Of a stretch of DNA of 64,000 nt, positions 21,068 through 30,180 are shown piece by piece. Where the stretch lies: NCBI GenBank assembly GCA_963790475.1, contig CAWBOS010000010.1, forward strand, positions 672,001 to 736,000, read 5' to 3'. Origin of the DNA: an uncultured delta proteobacterium (GTDB taxonomy: Bacteria; Desulfobacterota; RBG-13-43-22). The notes under the pieces are model-generated. The model made no database searches, was not told where the DNA came from, and was given only the letters and a program-made list of their open reading frames with translations. Positions within the stretch are counted from its first letter, which is position 1, and every line of letters begins with the position of its first letter. A program made the translations under genes and the position numbers.

Positions 21068-21921
21068 CCTTAGAAGCCCTTACCTCACCACTAAGCACAA
21101 CTTATTGGAAAAAGCCGCTGAACGAATTCTTAGGTAATCAACCGGACTCGGGAACTAAAGAGTTGTCCAAAACTCGCCTTAAAGGGGCGGTTAAGGATTT
21201 GGAATCATTATTTATTTATGAAATGTTGAAAGAGATGAGGCAGACGACTCAAGAAGGTTTCTTAGGCAAGGGAATGGGGAATGACATTTATGGCAGTCTT
21301 TTTGATATGGAAATAGCCAAGGTGTTTGCCGAAAGAGGATTCGGCCTCGGAGAAATGATCCTGAAGCAAATGAACGGCCGGGAGGAAAATAAGTCGGGAA
21401 GCCCCATTTCACCTCCGAAAGATCTCAAATTATCATCCTTGACCAAAGAATCAGTTCCGGTTTCTTCAACCGCCCAGCGGACAGAGGAATCGGCTTCCAA
21501 GGCCAATGATCAGGAGACTTCTTTAAGAACCCCGGTCGATGGTCGAATAAGCTCCAATTTTGGCTTGAGATCTGATCCATTTTCCGGGGAAGAAAAATTT
21601 CATTCCGGGATTGATATTGCCGCCCCTTCGGGACAGGCAATATATCCAATCAGAAAGGGCCGGGTGATTTTCAGTGGACTGACCCAAGGATACGGCAACA
21701 CCGTGTTGATCGACCATGAAGACGGATATATTGCTAAATATGGCCATAATCTGACCAACCTTGTTGCCGTTGGGGATAACGTGGAACCCGACCAGGTTAT
21801 TGCCTTGGTGGGCAGTACCGGGAAGTCCACAGGGCCTCACCTCCATTTTGAAATTCAACATCGGGGGGAGAAGGTAAATCCTCAAGAATTAGTTAAATTT
21901 CAACAAGGTGTCCTGAGTTGA
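21064..21921 (+). CDS. flgJ: FlgJ rod-binding domain fused to M23 peptidase
   Basis: LESLFIYEMLKEMR...GFGLGEMILKQM rod-binding motif plus M23 motifs HSGIDIAA and STGPHLHFE. Confidence 0.88.
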   Translation: MTLEALTSPLSTTYWKKPLNEFLGNQPDSGTKELSKTRLKGAVKDLESLFIYEMLKEMRQTTQEGFLGKGMGNDIYGSLFDMEIAKVFAERGFGLGEMILKQMNGREENKSGSPISPPKDLKLSSLTKESVPVSSTAQRTEESASKANDQETSLRTPVDGRISSNFGLRSDPFSGEEKFHSGIDIAAPSGQAIYPIRKGRVIFSGLTQGYGNTVLIDHEDGYIAKYGHNLTNLVAVGDNVEPDQVIALVGSTGKSTGPHLHFEIQHRGEKVNPQELVKFQQGVLS

Positions 21922-21993
21922 GGCCTTGGTTGTTTTATTAAACTTTTTACCTTCAATTTATGTTAGAATCATGACCGCAATGGCAGTTTTCAT

Positions 21994-22021
21994 TAAAGAA
22001 TTTTTTCAAATGTGCCGATAC
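21994..22021 (+). promoter_or_regulatory. sigma28 promoter for flgM-flgN-flgK-flgL
   Basis: TAAA-N16-GCCGATAC. Confidence 0.75.
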
Positions 22022-22058
22022 AGAAACAAGAATAAACATTTCATTATGGAGGACGGTC

Positions 22059-22352
22059 ATGAAAGTTGAAGGGAATAGACCCCCCGAGAACCAGGAGGTA
22101 CACCTGCGGACCCCGAAATCCGGCAAGCAGGAAACGGCACCGGGTATCAGTGAAAAACCCCAAAGGATCAGCCAATCCGATCAAGTTCATCTCTCTGGAA
22201 AAGCCAAAGAGTTGGATGAGTTAAAACAGATTATCCAACAAATGCCCGAGATACGGACGGATAAGGTTGAGGCCTTGAAAAAGGCCATCCAGGAGGGCAG
22301 TTATCAAGTGGATTCCTTAAAGGTCGCCGGGAAGATGTTGGAAGAAAATTAA
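22059..22352 (+). CDS. flgM: Anti-sigma28 factor FlgM
   Basis: DQVHLS...EIRTDKVEALKKAIQEGSYQVDSLKVAGKML. Confidence 0.95.
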   Translation: MKVEGNRPPENQEVHLRTPKSGKQETAPGISEKPQRISQSDQVHLSGKAKELDELKQIIQQMPEIRTDKVEALKKAIQEGSYQVDSLKVAGKMLEEN

Positions 22353-22835
22353 ATGTCATTGCTTGAGATTATAAAAAAAGTCCTTTTGGAGCAGGTTCAG
22401 GGATGCCGCCTGCTTTTGGAGCTTTTACAAAGGGAAAAGATCTGTCTGGTAAACCTCCAGATGGAAGGGATCGAAGCCCTGACGAAAGAAAAAGACCTCT
22501 TGGTTCTCAAGCTAAGGCTTCTTGAAGAAGAAAGGGTGCGTCTCGTAGACCGATTTGTCTTTGAAAATTTTCCGGACCTTCCTGATGAAGGACCTGCTTT
22601 TAAGAATATCAGCCTTCTGAAACTGGCCGAGCTTAGCGGGGAAAAAATTTTTCAAGAAATTCGATCCAAGCTGATTTCCTTATCTCAAGGTATTAAGGAG
22701 TTGAATGACTTAAATAAGACCATGATAGACCGAACCTTGGGCTTTCTGAAACAGAACAATAATTTTTTAGGGATGTATTTCCCGGGGGCTGCCCCTATGG
22801 GAGAAAAAGGGAGACTCCTTTACAGGGAAATTTAA
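22353..22835 (+). CDS. flgN: Export chaperone FlgN
   Basis: Helical protein between flgM and flgK with LNDLNKTMIDRTL motif. Confidence 0.85.
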   Translation: MSLLEIIKKVLLEQVQGCRLLLELLQREKICLVNLQMEGIEALTKEKDLLVLKLRLLEEERVRLVDRFVFENFPDLPDEGPAFKNISLLKLAELSGEKIFQEIRSKLISLSQGIKELNDLNKTMIDRTLGFLKQNNNFLGMYFPGAAPMGEKGRLLYREI

Positions 22836-24455
22836 ATGTCGATATCGTCCATACTTAATATTGGAATATCAGCCTTAAACGCCAGCCAGACCCAGCTCAG
22901 TGTCACCAGCAGCAACATTGCCAATGAAACCACCTCAGGCTATAGCAGGCAGGAAGTCATTCTGGAAGTTTCCTCTCCGATAGCCCAGTCGGGGGGGTCG
23001 GTGGGTTCAGGGGTAAATGTTGCCCAAATCAAAAGGGATTACTATCCCTTTATTCAAAACCAGATTTGTGGAGCACAACAGGATTACGGCAAGGCGTCTA
23101 CCCAAAGCCAAACCTTAAGTGAGCTTGAGCAAATCTTTAATGAAAATAGAAATCTGGGGTTAGCCACGCCCTTGGCCGATTTTTTTAATGCTTGGCAGGA
23201 AGTGGCTAATAACCCTGAAAACCAGACGGCGAGAAATATGCTTCTCCAGAAAAGTGATTCCTTGGTCAATTCCGCCCAAACAATGGAAAATAGTATTCAG
23301 GGCGTCCTGAAATCCGACGACCAAGGTATCACTGCTTCAGTTGAAAGTGTAAACTCACTGGCGTCCAAAATCGCTAAATTAAACGACCAAATAAGCCAGC
23401 TAGAGGCCAGATCGACCACTGTTTCGGCTAATGAACTAAGAGATCAACGAGATACGGCTGTGAAAGAATTAAGCAATCTTATCGGGATATCCACCTGGGA
23501 AGATAAAACAAACGGCTCTGTGACAGTGACTATTGGAATGAAAAACCTGGTCAGCGGCAATACGGTAAATACTCTTTCTGCGGCCTATAATGGTGAAGGG
23601 GAGTATAGTCTTCAATTGGACGGCCAGGACATAACTTCGAGGATAACCAAGGGAGAGATAGGCGGGCGATTGACTGCTCGACAGGAGATTGAAGGGGACT
23701 TGCATGACCTTCGGAAATTAGTGGCCTCCATAACCAATGCCGTTAATCTCCAACATAGACAAGGCTTCGGTCTGGATGGCTCAACAGGCATTAATTTTTT
23801 CAATCCTGCTGAGCTTTCGGTCAAAAATAACTCTACCGGAGCAAACCTGGCAGCCACCATTACCGACTTTTCCCAGTTGACCATGACCGAATATTCTATA
23901 AAGTTTAACGGGGACAGCTATGAGGTCTATAATAAAGAGACCGGAACCATATTAACCTCGGGGGCCTACAATGCCGGAGGGACGACGATAAACTTAGAAG
24001 GGGTCCAGTTTGATATGAGCGGTTCGGTTACCGATCAAGATAGTTTTACCGTGAGTCCTTTAACCGCAGCCATTCAAAATTTTAAAACGACCATTACCTC
24101 AAACCAACAAATCGCGGCCTCGGGGACCGCGGATGGCCTCCCAGGGGATAATATCAACGCCTTAGCCTTGGCCAATCTTGTAAATGGCAATATTACGGCC
24201 CTCAATTCGGATACTTTAGTCAATTATTATAAAAACTTGGTAGCTAAGGTTGGAAACCAGAGTCAGACGGCCGCAGATGAATTGACGTTTTCGAATAATT
24301 TTTTATCCCAGCTCAAAACTCAACGTGATTCGGTTTCCGGTGTCAATCTGGACGAAGAAGCGTCCAATTTGGTCATCTTCCAGCGCGCCTATCAGGCTGC
24401 CGCCAGGGTGGTCACGACGGCCGACGCATTATACCAGACTTTACTAAATATGTAG
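22836..24455 (+). CDS. flgK: Hook-filament junction protein FlgK
   Basis: NIANETTSGYSRQ, LRDQRD, SGVNLDEEASNL..FQRAYQAAA. Confidence 0.96.
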   Translation: MSISSILNIGISALNASQTQLSVTSSNIANETTSGYSRQEVILEVSSPIAQSGGSVGSGVNVAQIKRDYYPFIQNQICGAQQDYGKASTQSQTLSELEQIFNENRNLGLATPLADFFNAWQEVANNPENQTARNMLLQKSDSLVNSAQTMENSIQGVLKSDDQGITASVESVNSLASKIAKLNDQISQLEARSTTVSANELRDQRDTAVKELSNLIGISTWEDKTNGSVTVTIGMKNLVSGNTVNTLSAAYNGEGEYSLQLDGQDITSRITKGEIGGRLTARQEIEGDLHDLRKLVASITNAVNLQHRQGFGLDGSTGINFFNPAELSVKNNSTGANLAATITDFSQLTMTEYSIKFNGDSYEVYNKETGTILTSGAYNAGGTTINLEGVQFDMSGSVTDQDSFTVSPLTAAIQNFKTTITSNQQIAASGTADGLPGDNINALALANLVNGNITALNSDTLVNYYKNLVAKVGNQSQTAADELTFSNNFLSQLKTQRDSVSGVNLDEEASNLVIFQRAYQAAARVVTTADALYQTLLNM

Positions 24456-24472
24456 GATAAGGATCGGTTTAA

Positions 24473-25576
24473 ATGAGGATTTCATCCAGCCTGCTCTATA
24501 ATCAATTGCTCCAGGGGTTGAACGACAATTCTTCCAAGTTGACTGATATAAGTAATCAGTTGGCAACAGGCAAAAAGATAAACAAGCCTTCTGATGATGT
24601 CTTGGGGACCAGCAAGGTTTTGGGTTATAAGCTCTCCATCAGCCAAAATGACCAATATGAAGGCAACATAACCGAAGCCAATAATTATTTGGTTTTTTCA
24701 GATACGGTGTTAAGCCAAGTGTCGAATACATTGGGTAGTTTGCAGAAATTGATCTCCCATGGGGGTGACACCTCTGGGTCAGCAGATGACCGGGCTTCTT
24801 ATTCCAGGCAGGCCGCTGACCTGAGGGATTCTCTCTTGGACCTTTCGAACAGCACCTACCTGAACAGGTATGTCTTTTCGGGTTTCCGATCCGACCAGCA
24901 GGCCTATGTCTATGATTCGACTAATAACCAGTACGTCTATCAGGGAGATAGCGGCCAACTCAAACTGTTTATTGATCAGAAAATGACCCAGACGATCAAT
25001 TTCGTCGGGAGCAGTGCCGATTCGACTATTTCCACAGCCCTCAGTTATACCTTACAAACCCAGGAGACGACCACTTTGTCCGATGGAAGCGTGGTTACCT
25101 ATAGCGCTGTTCCAAATTCAAGTGGGGGAAACACAAACATCCAGGTTAACATTACTAATCCCGATCATCCAGGGGACCCCAATTATGAAGACAGCTTCAG
25201 TTTCTCGAATTTTATGGAGATGGCTAATTTACTGAGCCATGCCTGGCAATATCAAGATGTGAGTGGGTCTGCCTTGAGTGAGTCCCAATCCATGAACCGC
25301 ATCGCCGCCTTGGCCATTCCACTGGAAAAGGCCCAGAAACAGGTGCTAACGGTTCAGACCGAAGCGGGGATCAGGCAAACCAGTTTGAACGACCAAAAAA
25401 CCAGACTGGATGCCAACACCGTGAATCTTCAAAATGCCCAGTCAAATACTGAGGATGCGAATATGGACGAGACCATAATAGACCTACAGAAAATCTCGAC
25501 TGCCTTGGACGCCTTACGAATATCCTCGTCTAAAGTTCTTTCAAAATCGCTTTTTGATTTTTTAGCCTCAGCCTAA
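24473..25576 (+). CDS. flgL: Hook-filament junction protein FlgL
   Basis: MRIS, LATGKKINKPSDD, RYVFSG, SLFDFL. Confidence 0.94.
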   Translation: MRISSSLLYNQLLQGLNDNSSKLTDISNQLATGKKINKPSDDVLGTSKVLGYKLSISQNDQYEGNITEANNYLVFSDTVLSQVSNTLGSLQKLISHGGDTSGSADDRASYSRQAADLRDSLLDLSNSTYLNRYVFSGFRSDQQAYVYDSTNNQYVYQGDSGQLKLFIDQKMTQTINFVGSSADSTISTALSYTLQTQETTTLSDGSVVTYSAVPNSSGGNTNIQVNITNPDHPGDPNYEDSFSFSNFMEMANLLSHAWQYQDVSGSALSESQSMNRIAALAIPLEKAQKQVLTVQTEAGIRQTSLNDQKTRLDANTVNLQNAQSNTEDANMDETIIDLQKISTALDALRISSSKVLSKSLFDFLASA

Positions 25577-25586
25577 AGGATCTGCC

Positions 25587-25994
25587 GTGCCGTTAAAAAT
25601 ATCTTTGAAACCCGGGGAACGCGTGATTATCGGGGGTGCGGTTATCACCAACGGCAAACTTAAAAGTGAATTATGTGTAGAAAATAAAGTTCCTATATTG
25701 CGACAGAAAAATATTCTGAGTATTAAACAGGTCGACACCCCTTGCAAGCAGCTTTTTTTTGTCATTCAGTTGATGTATATAGACGAAGGTCAATTGGCAG
25801 AACACCACCGGACATACTGGGAGTTGGTCAAAGAACTTTTAACGGCTAACCCGAGCATGTTGGGATTAATTGATCAAGTCAGTGAACACATTTTATGCAA
25901 TCGTTATTACCAGGCCCTAAAACTGGTTAAAAAATTAATCGACTATGAACAGGAGGTACTGGAAAATGTATCAAAACCAATACAAAGCCTATGA
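25587..25994 (+). CDS. flbT: Flagellin post-transcriptional regulator FlbT
   Basis: LKISLKPGERVIIGGAVITNG, PILR, DTPCKQLFFVIQLMY, YYQALK..KKLIDYE match the FlbT family pattern. Confidence 0.9.
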   Translation: MPLKISLKPGERVIIGGAVITNGKLKSELCVENKVPILRQKNILSIKQVDTPCKQLFFVIQLMYIDEGQLAEHHRTYWELVKELLTANPSMLGLIDQVSEHILCNRYYQALKLVKKLIDYEQEVLENVSKPIQSL

Positions 25995-26349
25995 CGCTAT
26001 TCGCCAGGAAACGAGTTCCGGAAGAACCCTTGAGGCCTCGGTCTTGATGCGAGCAGCACAAAAGCTGAAAGATTGTCAAAACCATTGGGATTCAGGAGAT
26101 CGAGAAACCCAATTCAAAGAGGCCATTCGGATGAATCAAATGATCTGGAGCATCTTCCAGGGAGAACTGTCCCAGGATGAGAATCCTCTGCCCCTTAAGC
26201 TCAGGCAACAGCTTCTTACCCTAAGCGCATATGTTGACAAAACCATTTTTGAGGCCATGGCCAATCCGACCCTGGAAAAACTAACAACACTAATCAATAT
26301 CAATCAAAATATCGCCGCTGGGTTAATGTCTTCCCCCGGCAGTCAATAA
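25966..26349 (+). CDS. flaF: Flagellin regulator/secretion chaperone FlaF
   Basis: AY..SGRTLEA, NQMIWS, ENPLPLKLR..L..LS, LININQNIAAGL match the FlaF pattern; GGAGG before ATG 25966. Confidence 0.9.
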   Translation: MYQNQYKAYDAIRQETSSGRTLEASVLMRAAQKLKDCQNHWDSGDRETQFKEAIRMNQMIWSIFQGELSQDENPLPLKLRQQLLTLSAYVDKTIFEAMANPTLEKLTTLININQNIAAGLMSSPGSQ

Positions 26350-26448
26350 AGATTGGCATCCGATCCGCAAGCCCCGTTATCCTCTCTTTGGGTTGTTAAG
26401 AAAATCTCTTCCCTCGATCCTTATATTCATCTGTTTCTGAAAAACTCT

Positions 26449-26475
26449 TAAAGTTTTGTAGTTTTTGACCGATAG
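26449..26475 (+). promoter_or_regulatory. sigma28 promoter for the signalling-motAB block
   Basis: TAAA-N15-ACCGATAG. Confidence 0.7.
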
Positions 26476-26517
26476 GAAGTATAAGGTGAAAAGGATCCAA
26501 ACCAGGGAGGAAACCAG

Positions 26518-26709
26518 ATGTCAACCTCACCAGTGAACTATCCAGAAGTCATTCGCTTTTATGAGAGGGTTACCCGTCTTAAGCCTGCTTCCTTGGCTGA
26601 TCGGGGCCAGAATACTAGCGGTGATCTGTTGAATATTTCGGCAGAGGCCAAGAAGGAGTTTGTTCTTAAACAGGCTTTTAGAGAAGTTTTGGAGAGGATA
26701 AAGAAATAA
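26518..26709 (+). CDS. Small hypothetical protein (DVU0524/FlgM-associated-like)
   Basis: Strong RBS (GGGAGG), upstream sigma28 promoter, DLLNISAEAKK..REVLERI motif. Confidence 0.6.
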   Translation: MSTSPVNYPEVIRFYERVTRLKPASLADRGQNTSGDLLNISAEAKKEFVLKQAFREVLERIKK

Positions 26710-26745
26710 CCGGGTTTAAAGAATAACTTATTAGTGGAATTTGAG

Positions 26746-27318
26746 ATGAATAAAAATGGGATCAAGATTTTGGTGGTCGATGATGATGAGATTGTCCGAG
26801 AAGTCATTATCTCCCTTTTGAGCAGCGAAGGGTATGTTGTCAGGTCGGCCAAAGATGGATTGGATGCCATTAAAATCCTTAAAATGGAAAACATCAATCT
26901 GGTTATCACCGATCTGAGAATGCCCGGTGCCGATGGGATCGAGGTCCTCAAAGAAGCTTTAAAAATGGACCCTGACCGGGCGGTGATAATCCTGACCGCC
27001 TATGGGACCTTGGATACGGCCCTGAAGGCCATCCGGGAAGGGGCCTATGATTACATGACAAAACCTTTCAAAATGGAGGAAATGATTATCCGGGTCAATA
27101 ATGCCTATGAACGGACTCTGCTGGTTATCAAAATGAGGGCCTTGGTCAAGTCCTTGCGTGGAATCCTGGCTAATATGATGCTCTATAAGGATGGTGAAAA
27201 CAATCATAACCGGGTAACGATGGACTGGGTGGACCACATAGAGCAACTTAAAAGAATGGAAATCCTTGATAAAGACGAAGCCTTATTGATTAAAGAAAGA
27301 CTAATCGGTGAATGGTAA
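26746..27318 (+). CDS. Response regulator (REC + short helical C-terminal domain)
   Basis: ILVVDDD, TDLRMP, TAYG, KPF all intact; no recognisable DNA-binding domain. Confidence 0.85.
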   Translation: MNKNGIKILVVDDDEIVREVIISLLSSEGYVVRSAKDGLDAIKILKMENINLVITDLRMPGADGIEVLKEALKMDPDRAVIILTAYGTLDTALKAIREGAYDYMTKPFKMEEMIIRVNNAYERTLLVIKMRALVKSLRGILANMMLYKDGENNHNRVTMDWVDHIEQLKRMEILDKDEALLIKERLIGEW

Positions 27319-28834
27319 AAAGTTCTTAGTGATTGACGATGATCCGGTAACCAGGCAATTGCTGTCTGATATTCTATGCAGTATTGACGGTTATAGGACT
27401 GATGAGGCCCCTAACGGAATGGTCGGGATCCGGGAAGTAAAAAACAACGATTATGAAATTGTTTTTACCGACCTGACTATGCCCGAATTGAACGGACTGG
27501 GGGTATTAAAAGAGATCCAGAAGATCAATCGCCATCTTCCGGTGGTTGTGGTCACCGGGATGTCGACAATTGATGTGGCCATCAATGTCATGAAGGAAGG
27601 GGCTAATGACTTCATCACCAAGCCTTTTAAAATAAAAACCATCACTTCAACAGTGGAAAGGATTTTAGGCGAAAAGCGGCTTCTAGACCGGATCGGTTTA
27701 AAAGGGAATTATCGGGAATCCATAGAAAGACTCAATGCTGAATTGTTTAAAAAATTGCAAAAAATCAATCTCCTTCAAGCCATCCATGCCGAACTGGACT
27801 CCATATATGACAATAATAAAATCTATTCCATCATTGTGGCCATGGCTTCCAAACTCTTGATGGTGCAGGAGGCCTCTTTCGGAATTATTGAGGATGGATT
27901 CTTGAAGGTCAAGAAGGCGATTGGGGTCAAAGAACGGGATATCGCTATCACGGCAACCTTTTTTGAGTCGATTTTGAAAACCAGATGCCACTATGTGGCC
28001 GACTTGGGCGAAATAAATCCGCATACTGGCCAGCCCTTGCCTTATCTTTTCATATCCATTCCTTTTGTGATAAAAGAGGTGGTATTCGGTTTGTTGAACC
28101 TGGCCAACAAGGTAGACGGCTCGTCTTTTACCGATGATGATATTTCCTTGGCCTTGACCCTGGTCAACAAAACGGCCCTCCGAATCGAAAACAATGTGCT
28201 GTATGAGATTGTGTATAACAATTTAGTGAATAGCCTGAAAGCCCTGGTTATCAGTATTGAAGCCAGGGATCCCTATACCCGTTTTCATTCGGAACGGGTG
28301 ACCGCCTATGCCCTGCAAATCGCCGATGTATTAAACCTTCCCGATGAAGAGAAGGATGCCATCAAATTCGGCGGCTATCTGCATGATATCGGTAAAATCG
28401 GGGTTAGAGACGGAATTTTGTTAAAACCCGGCCCCTTAAATGAAGCGGAAAAAGCCGATGTCCGCCTGCATCCGGTTATCGGGGATAATATTTTGAAGCC
28501 CTTAAAGTTTTTCCCCAAAGAACGGGAAATCATTCGCTATCATCATGAATGGTATAATGGAAAGGGTTATCCGGAAGGTTTGGCAGGAGAACAAATTCCC
28601 ATTTTAGCCCGTGTTCTGGCCCTGGCCGATTCTTATGATGCCATGACTTCCTCCCGCCCCTATCGGAAAGCCATGACCCATGAACAGTCGGTGGCAGAAA
28701 TAAAACGCTGTGCCCATTTGCAGTTTGACGAAAAAATCGTTGAGGCCTTTTTACAAACTTCCGTGGGAAGGGAAGAAGATTTGAAGGAAACCATTCCGGG
28801 TGCCCTGGAATATCAAGATGAATATGCCGAATAA
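27308..28834 (+). CDS. REC-GAF-HD-GYP cyclic dinucleotide phosphodiesterase
   Basis: REC domain; GAF-like LNLANK..FTDDD; RDPYTRFHSERV, HDIGKIG, HHEWYNGKGYP, ADSYDAMTSSRPYR. Confidence 0.92.
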   Translation: MNGKKFLVIDDDPVTRQLLSDILCSIDGYRTDEAPNGMVGIREVKNNDYEIVFTDLTMPELNGLGVLKEIQKINRHLPVVVVTGMSTIDVAINVMKEGANDFITKPFKIKTITSTVERILGEKRLLDRIGLKGNYRESIERLNAELFKKLQKINLLQAIHAELDSIYDNNKIYSIIVAMASKLLMVQEASFGIIEDGFLKVKKAIGVKERDIAITATFFESILKTRCHYVADLGEINPHTGQPLPYLFISIPFVIKEVVFGLLNLANKVDGSSFTDDDISLALTLVNKTALRIENNVLYEIVYNNLVNSLKALVISIEARDPYTRFHSERVTAYALQIADVLNLPDEEKDAIKFGGYLHDIGKIGVRDGILLKPGPLNEAEKADVRLHPVIGDNILKPLKFFPKEREIIRYHHEWYNGKGYPEGLAGEQIPILARVLALADSYDAMTSSRPYRKAMTHEQSVAEIKRCAHLQFDEKIVEAFLQTSVGREEDLKETIPGALEYQDEYAE

Positions 28835-29408
28835 AACCGATCCAGTGAAACCAGCCCAGGGAGAAAAAAGAGAATCATTTCGAATTAACGATACTTTACC
28901 GGTCGTTATCCATAAAATAGAAGCCGATGAAAACTTTTCCACCCCGGAAACGCTTAAGGATGATCCGGGGGGAATCAATCCTTTAGCGTTGGAAAAGGAA
29001 AATATTCCTCCCAGGCTATGGAAGATGCTGGTCAATATCAACAAGAAACTTGACCAGCTTTTGGAAAGGGTTCCGGTTGATTTATTGAAAACCAAGTCCC
29101 AGCCGGTCAATCTCAGCTCAACCGGAATGAAGGTTAAACTTAAGAAGAATTTCAACCTCGACGAACCAGTGAGGATCAAAATGCTTTTACCTACCCTGCC
29201 GGTCAAAGAACTGGTCATCGCCGGCAAAGTCGTTCGGGTTAAAGCCTTAGCCGATGGGGAATATGAAGTGGCGTTGCATTTCCATGAGTTGGATGATAGG
29301 GTTAGAGACGAAATTATCCACTACACCTTGAACCAGCAAAGAAAAACCATTGCGGCGCAAAGAAAAAAAAGGGGTTATGATGAATCCAGTAAAGAAAAAG
29401 GCCTTTGA
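28818..29408 (+). CDS. PilZ-domain c-di-GMP receptor
   Basis: RESFR (RxxxR) and NLSSTG ([D/N]xSxxG) motifs; start uncertain (28818 or 28824). Confidence 0.85.
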   Translation: MNMPNKTDPVKPAQGEKRESFRINDTLPVVIHKIEADENFSTPETLKDDPGGINPLALEKENIPPRLWKMLVNINKKLDQLLERVPVDLLKTKSQPVNLSSTGMKVKLKKNFNLDEPVRIKMLLPTLPVKELVIAGKVVRVKALADGEYEVALHFHELDDRVRDEIIHYTLNQQRKTIAAQRKKRGYDESSKEKGL

Positions 29409-30177
29409 TCACGGAAAGACCGGAATCCTGGGGGACCTCGATCCCCTCTGTTCGGATCCCTCCCAATTTCAAAAATCTTTTGACCGATTAAGTGCCCTGG
29501 CGATGATTGGAAGGATCACGCCGGAGGTCATCCATGATATCAACAACCATTTAACGGGCATACTGGGATACGCCGAACTGCTCTCGATGAAGAAGATCGA
29601 AGACGAGAGTATCAAAAACGGATTGAAAAATATTACTTTTTCAGCCGAAAAATGTAAGGTTTTGCTGGCCAATCTATTGTCCCTGTCGCGTCAGGAATCC
29701 GCCTCTGTTCGTTTTGGGGATGTTAACGATATTATTGAAAAAACCATAGAACTGCGAAGATGTGCTTTACGCCACCAACAAATTGAAATGGTCAGGGATT
29801 TGAGGAACGAAATTCCTACGATCACGGTAGATGTGGTTAAATTGCAAAAAATCTTTTTAAATCTGATGTTCAAGGCCGAAGAGGCCCTTGAACAGCGAGT
29901 CGAAGGAAAAAAAATTGTATTTAAAGCCAACTTTGACTCCCTGAACCATACCGTAGTGATAACGATTTCTGCCAATGGTTGTGGGATGTCCCCCGATCAC
30001 CTGGCACGCATTTTTGAGTTATTCCCGGCTGATCAATCTTTGGATTCGGAAAACGGGATTATGCTTAAAGAAGCGATATGCTGGATTAGCGAAATGGGGG
30101 GCACTTTAAAAATTGAACCGGGAAAAGGAGACGGACCGATCTTCGTGGTCCTTCTGCCGGTCAAAGGTAGGGATTAG
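29377..30177 (+). CDS. Cytoplasmic histidine-kinase-like protein with degenerate ATP-binding domain
   Basis: H-box IHDINNHLTGILG intact; N, G1, F and G2 boxes altered. Confidence 0.75.
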   Translation: MMNPVKKKAFDHGKTGILGDLDPLCSDPSQFQKSFDRLSALAMIGRITPEVIHDINNHLTGILGYAELLSMKKIEDESIKNGLKNITFSAEKCKVLLANLLSLSRQESASVRFGDVNDIIEKTIELRRCALRHQQIEMVRDLRNEIPTITVDVVKLQKIFLNLMFKAEEALEQRVEGKKIVFKANFDSLNHTVVITISANGCGMSPDHLARIFELFPADQSLDSENGIMLKEAICWISEMGGTLKIEPGKGDGPIFVVLLPVKGRD

Positions 30178-30180
30178 AGC

